From assembly GCA_943356485.1 (NCBI GenBank), contig CALRFD010000003.1, forward strand, positions 7,702-71,701: DNA of 64,000 nt. The letters are read 5' to 3'. Shown piece after piece: positions 56,146 to 62,894 of the stretch. Numbering within the stretch: position 1 is the stretch's first letter; each line of letters starts with the position of its first letter. The notes beneath the pieces were generated by a model. That model worked only from the letters and a program-made list of their open reading frames with translations. It searched no databases and had not been told where the DNA came from. The translations under genes were made by a program, and so were the position numbers. This DNA is from Patescibacteria group bacterium. GTDB taxonomy: Bacteria > Patescibacteriota > Microgenomatia > Daviesbacterales > UBA10151.

Positions 56146-56781
56146 ATGAAAACATATGCCTTTATTGACGCTTCTAATCTCTTTTATGGTGGTGAGAAGA
56201 GTTTAGGGTGGAAAATAGACTATTCCAAACTAATTAAATATCTTAAAGAAAAATATGAAGTATCAGAGGTATATTATTTTGGTGGTGTTGAAACTCATGG
56301 ATATAAATATGATTATTTAAAAAATGAAACAGTTCCACTTAAGGAACTAAAAACTAGGTTAGATAAGTATATTGAAGAGCAGGGTAAAAGCTTAGATGAG
56401 GCAAAATTAATTCTATTTTCTAGGCACCTACAAAGAATAAAATTCTATCTTAAGCTACAGGAATTTGGATATAAACTCTACCTCAAACCTGTAAAGCTAT
56501 ATTATCAGCCAGATGGGAGTACTGAAAGAAAAGCAAATTGTGATGTTGAAATGGCTTTTTATTTGATGAAAGAAAAGGATAGTTTTGAGAGGGTTGTTGT
56601 TATGTCTGGGGATGGAGATTTTTTGCCCTTGCTAAAGTACCTCAGGGAAACTGGTAAAGATGTAATCGTCTTAGCGAGGAGTCCTCGCACTGCTAGAGAA
56701 ATAAGGCAGTTTGCTGGAAGCGACTTTAAAGACTTTGAATATTTAAGGGAAATACTAAAAATGAAAGAGGAAAAGACATAA
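56146..56781 (+). CDS. NYN-domain (PIN-like) ribonuclease, LabA/DUF88 family
   Basis: AFIDASN, KANCDVE, MSGDGDF. Confidence 0.9.
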   Translation: MKTYAFIDASNLFYGGEKSLGWKIDYSKLIKYLKEKYEVSEVYYFGGVETHGYKYDYLKNETVPLKELKTRLDKYIEEQGKSLDEAKLILFSRHLQRIKFYLKLQEFGYKLYLKPVKLYYQPDGSTERKANCDVEMAFYLMKEKDSFERVVVMSGDGDFLPLLKYLRETGKDVIVLARSPRTAREIRQFAGSDFKDFEYLREILKMKEEKT

Positions 56782-56822
56782 AAAACGGGAAGACTCATAT
56801 AGAATCTCCCCGATGTTTAGTA
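56780..56822 (-). ncRNA. Putative tiny RNA convergent with the NYN gene
   Basis: Minus-strand TGGTATAAT (56828-56836), then hairpin CGGGGAGAUUC-UAUAU-GAGUCUUCCCG plus U-tract; G-U pairs only on the minus strand. Confidence 0.55.
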
Positions 56823-56825
56823 AAA

Positions 56826-56883
56826 GTATTATACCACACTTGTATCAAAAACTCATCTCTAAATCAGAATACGTAATTTTGCG
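56826..56883. repeat. Shared promoter block B, copy 1
   Basis: Identical to 58419-58477 except a 1-nt indel. Confidence 0.9.
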
Positions 56884-56913
56884 TGGGTGGGTGGCAGACC
56901 TCCTTTGTACCCA
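56884..56913 (+). repeat. Cassette-boundary hairpin repeat R3 (short loop)
   Basis: TGGGTGGGTGGCAGA-CCTCC-TTTGTACCCA. Confidence 0.75.
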
Positions 56914-56946
56914 AATGAGAGAAATAATAGTAAAGTTTCTTTAATA

Positions 56947-57615
56947 TTAGTAGAGTCTTTTTAATAAAGCTAATGGGTCAATAGAATTGTTTATATCAGT
57001 ACCTAATCTGTGAAAATCGGGTTGATAATGTATTTCAAAATGAACATGGTTATAACTTCTTTCATAAGTTTCTTCAACTTTTGGTGGAATTTCTACACTT
57101 GGATGTAGTCCTCCAGCTTCACCCTTAAAGAATAATCCAACTTGTCCAATTCTTTCCCCTCTTTGGAACCTCTCTTCTGAGTATCTGTCGAACCAATGCC
57201 TTTGGGCTATTGTAGGATGTAAACTATCTAAGTCTAGATGTACTAGCCAATATGCTAACCCAGATTCTTGAGAATAAAGTAAAACATCAGCTAAGCCTCG
57301 GTGTCTGTTGATATAGGTTTGTGCATCTTTATAAACAAAGGTAGCAGTTTCTGGTGTTGCAACGCAGGTCCCTTCAGGAACTTGAATATCTAGGGCAAAA
57401 TGTGGGTCTTTATCCTTTGAAGCAGAATAATTTGGTTGTCCAAAAAAGCAAGAAATATGAGCCCGAAGACTTGTCATATCAACTGGCCAATCGAGAGTAT
57501 GTCTTAGTGGAGTTAAAGCTTCTGGTAAGGTTCGCTTACTTACGTGCTCTAAATAGAAGGCTTCGTCGGTAGGAAAACCCTCACCGCTTTTACGAATTGG
57601 TTGTAATTCAGACAT
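56947..57615 (-). CDS. M23-peptidase-like protein
   Basis: HFALD (HxxxD), GERIGQVG, NHVHFEI (HxH). Confidence 0.65.
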   Translation of the reverse strand: MSELQPIRKSGEGFPTDEAFYLEHVSKRTLPEALTPLRHTLDWPVDMTSLRAHISCFFGQPNYSASKDKDPHFALDIQVPEGTCVATPETATFVYKDAQTYINRHRGLADVLLYSQESGLAYWLVHLDLDSLHPTIAQRHWFDRYSEERFQRGERIGQVGLFFKGEAGGLHPSVEIPPKVEETYERSYNHVHFEIHYQPDFHRLGTDINNSIDPLALLKRLY

Positions 57616-57661
57616 TTAAATATCTTAACACTTTTATGCCTGAATATCAAACTATAGGACT

Positions 57662-57720
57662 GGGGGTGGGTGGGCTGATTATAATCCTGAGCAGGGCCGA
57701 AGGACTTAGTTTGTACTCAG
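57662..57720 (+). repeat. Cassette-boundary hairpin repeat R4
   Basis: GGGGGTGGGTGGGCTGATTATAATCCTGAGCAGGGCCGAAGGACTTAGTTTGTACTCAG. Confidence 0.9.
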
Positions 57721-57766
57721 ATAAGCTCAAATTCTATAAATATTTCTTCTATGCTATAGTCTAGTT

Positions 57767-58339
57767 ATGATAATCTTCATTGATGAATCCGGTACGCATA
57801 AACAAATGGATCATGCAACTATAGCCCTAGTTTATATAGAAATAGCTAATTTAGAGGAATTTGAGGAGGCAGTAGAGCAAATTGAAGAGAAACTTAATAT
57901 TAAATACTTTCATTGGACAGATGAAAAATGGGATAAAAGGGAAAAATTTATTGAACAAATTTTGAAGCTGGATTTTTTTGTTAAAGTGGCCATACTAAAT
58001 AATCCAGTTAAACTTGCTGAAAGCCTAGAAGACGCATTAAGACATCTTGTAGTTGAAGAGAATATAAAGAAAATTATGCTTGATGGTAGAAAACCAAGAT
58101 GGTATAACCAAAGGCTGAAAAAAGTATTAAGAGATAAGGGTGTATCCGTTAAAAAGATTGTAACTGTCAGAAAAGATGAATCTAGTCCTGGGATAAGAGT
58201 ATCTGATTGTTTAGCGGGGTTAATTAGAAATAATTATGATAACCCTGATTCACTAGCCTCTAAGTGGTATGACAAGATGAAAAAAGCAGAGAAGATTAGA
58301 CTTGAGATTACTACTTACCCACAAAAAAGCCCCGCTTAA
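57767..58339 (+). CDS. DUF3800 family protein (RNase H-like acidic motifs)
   Basis: MIIFIDESG, FHW, ..LDG, SSPGIRVSDCLAG. Confidence 0.85.
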   Translation: MIIFIDESGTHKQMDHATIALVYIEIANLEEFEEAVEQIEEKLNIKYFHWTDEKWDKREKFIEQILKLDFFVKVAILNNPVKLAESLEDALRHLVVEENIKKIMLDGRKPRWYNQRLKKVLRDKGVSVKKIVTVRKDESSPGIRVSDCLAGLIRNNYDNPDSLASKWYDKMKKAEKIRLEITTYPQKSPA

Positions 58340-58414
58340 AGCGAGGCCAGTTATTCAAGTAGTTTATTGCTAAACTCGGCGGCTCACCGTCCTTTGTCCC
58401 CGATAACTTGTTGT
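58323..58414 (-). ncRNA. Putative structured small RNA convergent with the DUF3800 gene (DUF3800-RNA-like)
   Basis: TGGTATAAT at 58421-58429; AGUUAU/AUAACU stem, CGG-UGAG-CCG and AGUUUA-GCAA-UAAACU hairpins, terminator GCCUCGCU-UUA-AGCGGGGC-U6. Confidence 0.7.
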
Positions 58415-58418
58415 AAAT

Positions 58419-58477
58419 GTATTATACCACAACTTGTATCAAAAACTCATCTCTAAATCAGAATACGTAATTTTGCG
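58419..58477. repeat. Shared promoter block B, copy 2
   Basis: GTATTATACCACAACTTGTATCAAAAACTCATCTCTAAATCAGAATACGTAATTTTGCG. Confidence 0.9.
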
Positions 58478-58535
58478 TGGGTGGGTGGGCAGATTATAAT
58501 CCTGAGCAGGGCCGAAGGACTTAGTTTGTACCCAG
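58478..58535 (+). repeat. Cassette-boundary hairpin repeat R5
   Basis: TGGGTGGGTGGGCAGATTATAATCCTGAGCAGGGCCGAAGGACTTAGTTTGTACCCAG. Confidence 0.9.
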
Positions 58536-58544
58536 ATAAAATTA

Positions 58545-59048
58545 TCAAAACACTTTGTATACTAACAAATCTTCATGAGATCTTCTCACAACTAATAATT
58601 CATTACTCTGAGGCCTAAAACTAACATGGAAATGCATATTTCCAACTTTTGGCCTTATAGTATCCACTGTAATAGTGTCAACTTGCTTCATACCTAATTT
58701 TCTTTGAAAATCTCTAACAATCCATATTTTAGAAGTGCTAGATGAACCTTCTACAACAATGAATTGTCCACCTGCTAATTCTTTCAAGTGTTCAAAATCA
58801 TATTCGTATAAATCTTGGGTTGGAAGAGCATGAAGAAAACCAAAATTAGCCTGAGACTCATCTCTTAATATAAATCCTGAACAAGCAGCAAAATTGGGAC
58901 TTACAAATCTGTTAGCTCGAAGGCCCATTTTATAGGTACCTTGTCTAATATGGATTACATCTAAAGCACCAGGTAAGTACTCAGATATGTCAGGGTACGC
59001 AGAACGATTGTCATCGTCGTATGGCATAAATCTAATTAATTCGCTCAT
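58545..59048 (-). CDS. Hypothetical protein with CheD/CNF1-like deamidase motif
   Basis: FAACSGFILRD...FGFLH resembles CheD GSCVGV.LYD...GGLAH. Confidence 0.5.
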   Translation of the reverse strand: MSELIRFMPYDDDNRSAYPDISEYLPGALDVIHIRQGTYKMGLRANRFVSPNFAACSGFILRDESQANFGFLHALPTQDLYEYDFEHLKELAGGQFIVVEGSSSTSKIWIVRDFQRKLGMKQVDTITVDTIRPKVGNMHFHVSFRPQSNELLVVRRSHEDLLVYKVF

Positions 59049-59130
59049 TAAAAGATTATATCTATTTTGAAGCAAAATTACAAACTACAGGTATAAGAAA
59101 TGAGATATTTTAGAGTAAATATGTATACTA

Positions 59131-59206
59131 TGGGGTGGCTGACGGGGATCGAACCCGCGACGTCCAGTTCCACAAACTGGCGCTCTACCGCTGAGCTACA
59201 GCCACC
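59131..59206 (-). tRNA. tRNA-His (GTG) with encoded G-1 and CCA
   Basis: Reverse complement GGTGGCTGTAGCTCAGCGGTAGAGCG-CCAGT-TTGTGGA-ACTGG...GGTTCGATCCC...CAGCCACCCCA. Confidence 0.95.
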
Positions 59207-59290
59207 ATGTAATCCCAAACCTGATTTTATCACAGACAAATTTTAAAAACCATCTGAAGCCAGCACAAAAAAATACTCTACACTTTTTTG

Positions 59291-60076
59291 TTATGAAATT
59301 GGCTTGACTATTGGTCCGCTCAAATACGAATAAGCTCTTAGTACTAAGCTTCTGTCAATTTGCGGTCCGGGAAGCAGAGAAAATCTTTCTCGATGTTGAT
59401 GCGGATTACTTGCTAAATTGAGGATTTCAGATAGCAGAGTAGGAAGTTTTAACCCAACATAGAAACCACCTAGCATGTTTGTAAGGTATCCCTCCACATT
59501 CATCAGAAAAGCAGAAGAACAGATAAATGATACTGCTAAACCATAGACTGTCAGGTTTGCCATCCAATCTCCCCGATCCAAGCCCTTAACCAAAAAATTA
59601 GATCCTAAGTTATTTATTCCATCTTTAATAGTTTGGTTAAGATAATATGACCAGGCCTTGCTGGATCTAATATCTCCCTGAAAACGGTTATCATCTCTGA
59701 TTCTTTGAGTAATCTCTGCGTTATTGATGGTTATAAGGCCAGCTGACCATCTTCTGTCATGGGTAAGGAAGTCATCGCCTTCAGATAATCTGTAATTGTG
59801 CGTTGGGACAAGCGTCTTTGCCGCCTTAAAGGATGCAGAAGCACTGCCCTGACTATCTACCCCGGTAATTTCTGGAACTAAACTGGTGGTTTCTAAACTA
59901 TTGCTTCCTGTCACAATCAGGGGATATATGCCGGCCAAATGTGTCAGACGGTGAATTAGAGCCATATTAACTCCAATCTGATCGGTGTTTACCCATCCTG
60001 GTAGATTGGGATATATTTTTATCTCCTCAGTTTTAGCCTCAGATATCGGTACAAAATTTTCTTTAGATCCAAACAT
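59291..60076 (-). CDS. Hypothetical membrane protein
   Basis: C-terminal TM segments; TTGACT-N17-TATAAT promoter. Confidence 0.6.
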   Translation of the reverse strand: MFGSKENFVPISEAKTEEIKIYPNLPGWVNTDQIGVNMALIHRLTHLAGIYPLIVTGSNSLETTSLVPEITGVDSQGSASASFKAAKTLVPTHNYRLSEGDDFLTHDRRWSAGLITINNAEITQRIRDDNRFQGDIRSSKAWSYYLNQTIKDGINNLGSNFLVKGLDRGDWMANLTVYGLAVSFICSSAFLMNVEGYLTNMLGGFYVGLKLPTLLSEILNLASNPHQHRERFSLLPGPQIDRSLVLRAYSYLSGPIVKPIS

Positions 60077-60138
60077 GCAAGCAATTATACTCTTAAAGAA
60101 AAAAGGAGTCAACTATAGGACAGGATTTGATCCTGCAA

Positions 60139-61914
60139 TTACTTAGACCAGGGAAGAAGCTTCCAAAACTCTCTCGGATTAAGGATTGCTTGTAGCAATG
60201 TTGGTTGGAGCGTTCCGAAATCCAAAACATTTAGACCTTGTGTTAAAGATTTGTGAATCGTCACAGGATGGTAATATGGTTTTTCTAAAGTAAAATCAAA
60301 GGAATAATCAGGCAACAGATATTTTGCCTCAATCTCTTTTGATTTACCAGATTGATCTAACTCTATACTCTGAGAAGATTCACCGACTACTCCATTCACC
60401 CTTAAAATATAATCGCCCATCGAGCTGTTTTTCCATCTAAGCTTACTTAATATTTGTAAAATTACCGGTTCTTTTACCTCTGTTGTAAATTCCACTGGCT
60501 CTGAGGAAAACTGTACATTATCCGAAAACAAATTCAGCCTAACTTTATATACCCCTCTTTGTGGAGCTTTTAAGCTGATACTGAATGTGTACTCACTACC
60601 CGGTTCTACTTTTATATTGTCAGGTAATTTAGCTTCATCTATTCCTAACTCTGGCCCGCTTTGCAAAGGGACTAGCTTAACTTTGTTACCATCGTTCCAA
60701 ATAGATTGTCCGGTATTTTTAAAGGTAAGCGAAATTGAATAACTTTGGCCTGCCACGATAGATGAGTAAACTTCTCCTTTGATGAGTTTAGATTGGATAT
60801 CCTGGGCAGGTTTACCAAAAGTCTTAGTTAATTTTTGCAGGCTTTCATAAAAAGGGTAATAATCAGTTCCCTGAGTCTGAACTAAGGCGGAAATTATTTT
60901 TTCCTGTGCACCATTGGCTATTTTTTTAAAGGAAAAATGGTCAAATGGAACTTCCTGATAATTCAATAAGAATGGGGTGATCGCAATAACTTCCGGATTA
61001 TTCCATGCCTCCTCAAACGCCTTTTTATAGTAAGTAGACAATGTATTTGAGTCTGGAAACCCGGGATTATAGTTTAATCCTTCTGCATGTTTCCAACCTG
61101 TTTCTGTGATAAATACCGGTAGCATTTTAGAAACACCAAGATTTCTTAACTGCTGGAGTTCCCAGCTCCATGTTCTTATGCTCCCGCGGCCAACACCCTC
61201 AGGAGACCCGCTAAACTCAGGATTAGGATAAGAGTGGGAAGCCCAACCATCAAGCTCATTTAATATACCGGGAACCTCAGCTTCCATCTTTCTTAGAAAG
61301 CTAACTTCATCCTCGTAGTTTGGTAGGCTCTGCGGAGCTGAAGCATCAAGTCCGGCATTTAATACAAAAAAATCTTCACTTCTGCTTTTTAAAGCAGCTC
61401 TCATCTTGTCCAAAATCCTGGCATAGGATCCTGCATCAACCATACCGCCCCATTCATGAGACTGGTTTGGTTCGTTGTAGACCACAACGTATCTGTTTTT
61501 GGTAGGCCAAATTAAGGAATTTAAAAAATCTGCCCATGAATTCGCATCATCAGGATCCGGTCTTTTCCAATTTTTTCCCTCTGGTTCTGTGGCAATTCTA
61601 ATAATTGGGATCAGGTGTCTTCTCCTTAAATCATTAAAAAACTCCTGCCACTTGTTTTGTACTTTATCCTTTTGAGTCATTAAAACCGTAATATAGCCCC
61701 AATCTCCGTTAGTATTTACCAAACTAGCTGCGGGTGAGGATTCATCCGGGGAGGGGGTTATTAGATGAATACCGAATTTGTTGTTAGGAGCGGAAAGGGG
61801 ATCTGTAATGGCATAGGTTGTGGACAGGGTACAGGGGAGAGCGAACAGGAAGAAAAGCAAAAGAGAAATTGAAACTGTAACCTGTAGCCTGAACCCTGTA
61901 AACTTTTCTTTCAT
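60139..61914 (-). CDS. Secreted clan GH-A glycoside hydrolase with Ig-like C-terminal domain
   Basis: YNEPN acid/base, HSYP, ITETGW nucleophile, FKNTGQSIW. Confidence 0.75.
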   Translation of the reverse strand: MKEKFTGFRLQVTVSISLLLFFLFALPCTLSTTYAITDPLSAPNNKFGIHLITPSPDESSPAASLVNTNGDWGYITVLMTQKDKVQNKWQEFFNDLRRRHLIPIIRIATEPEGKNWKRPDPDDANSWADFLNSLIWPTKNRYVVVYNEPNQSHEWGGMVDAGSYARILDKMRAALKSRSEDFFVLNAGLDASAPQSLPNYEDEVSFLRKMEAEVPGILNELDGWASHSYPNPEFSGSPEGVGRGSIRTWSWELQQLRNLGVSKMLPVFITETGWKHAEGLNYNPGFPDSNTLSTYYKKAFEEAWNNPEVIAITPFLLNYQEVPFDHFSFKKIANGAQEKIISALVQTQGTDYYPFYESLQKLTKTFGKPAQDIQSKLIKGEVYSSIVAGQSYSISLTFKNTGQSIWNDGNKVKLVPLQSGPELGIDEAKLPDNIKVEPGSEYTFSISLKAPQRGVYKVRLNLFSDNVQFSSEPVEFTTEVKEPVILQILSKLRWKNSSMGDYILRVNGVVGESSQSIELDQSGKSKEIEAKYLLPDYSFDFTLEKPYYHPVTIHKSLTQGLNVLDFGTLQPTLLQAILNPREFWKLLPWSK

Positions 61915-61995
61915 AGAACTAACTATTTTACCACTAATAGCGAACATATAGACCGAGGATTGCATACAATCAATTTTTATTGTATATTTCCAATC

Positions 61996-62562
61996 ATGAG
62001 TTTAGAGTCAAAAAATGAGCCTGCAATACTTAGTTATTTTAAGAGGAGCAAGGAAGGACGCTCTTTCGGATCGGATTTAGATGTAGTGCAGGAATTTGTT
62101 GACCGTTACCAAATTACCAGAAGAGACGGTAGGACTGAAGGATTAAAAAAATTGCTGGCAGAACTTGGAGAATGTGCTAGCAATTTTGAAGCTGATCGAG
62201 TATTAGGTGGATGGTCGCAAGCTGTCTACATAGGTGATGAATTGATTGTAAATGCGACAATAGCAGCGGCGGCAGGTGTTTTTAGAAAGAGACGTTTATC
62301 TCCGGAAGATGATGAAGTTAAGGGCTATATTGCAGCTAAAGCAACTGCAATGCTGCTTAGTGCGGATGGTCCCAGACCAGGTGGAGCTGTTACGTATGGA
62401 AGAGAAGCTTATAACAAATTAATCCGCCCGGTAGTTAGAGAAGGCAGAACCCTAGGAGTACATGGAATGACTGTTTTTGCTATTGCCGAAAGTACAGATT
62501 ACGTAAGTACACATCCGCTTAACGCATGTAGAGGAATAGTGGGATTTAGAAACCTTCTTTAA
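61996..62562 (+). CDS. Hypothetical protein
   Basis: About 188-aa ORF from likely ATG 61996. Confidence 0.5.
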   Translation: MSLESKNEPAILSYFKRSKEGRSFGSDLDVVQEFVDRYQITRRDGRTEGLKKLLAELGECASNFEADRVLGGWSQAVYIGDELIVNATIAAAAGVFRKRRLSPEDDEVKGYIAAKATAMLLSADGPRPGGAVTYGREAYNKLIRPVVREGRTLGVHGMTVFAIAESTDYVSTHPLNACRGIVGFRNLL

Positions 62563-62605
62563 CTCTTGCTTTTTGGGTTTCCTTCGGATAATAATATACA
62601 TACCT

Positions 62606-62645
62606 TTGTCATCTAGAGATTGCCACGCTTCGCTCGCAATGACAA
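62606..62645. repeat. Palindromic element, internally deleted relative of the dinB insert
   Basis: TTGTCAT...GATTGCCACGCTTCGCTCGCAATGACAA. Confidence 0.75.
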
Positions 62646-62651
62646 CTCACT

Positions 62652-62894
62652 ATGTTAGAAATTTCCGAACCGATTGATGTCTGGGTGTTTTTTAAAAAAA
62701 GCTCAGTGCAACCCTATATTTTTTTCTGGCGGGAGAGGAAAATTAAAATAGAAAAAATTAACCTGGTTCATACTTCAAAAGAAGGATCAAGCGTTTTTTA
62801 TCATTTTTCTATATCCAGTGGAGGGAATTTTTACAGATTAGGATTTGATACTTTTAAAATGAAATGGTTTTTGGAAGCGGTGGAAGAAGAGTGA
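62652..62894 (+). CDS. Small beta-rich protein (DUF6504-like) coupled to dinB
   Basis: P..F.WR...I...YRL.FD...KWFL; GTGA overlap with dinB. Confidence 0.6.
   Translation: MLEISEPIDVWVFFKKSSVQPYIFFWRERKIKIEKINLVHTSKEGSSVFYHFSISSGGNFYRLGFDTFKMKWFLEAVEEE

Noticed and set aside
55384-58535. CRISPR array interpretation of repeats R1-R5
   Set aside because: The repeats are separated by 600-800 bp containing whole genes, not 25-45 nt spacers, and there are no cas genes in the window.
55384-59206. Canonical integron (intI/attC)
   Set aside because: No tyrosine recombinase in the window, the repeats lack RYYYAAC/GTTRRRY cores, and the cassettes alternate orientation and carry promoters.
62570-62600. 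LexA/SOS box upstream of the dinB operon
   Set aside because: No convincing inverted repeat could be identified, and no matching motif was seen near uvrC.
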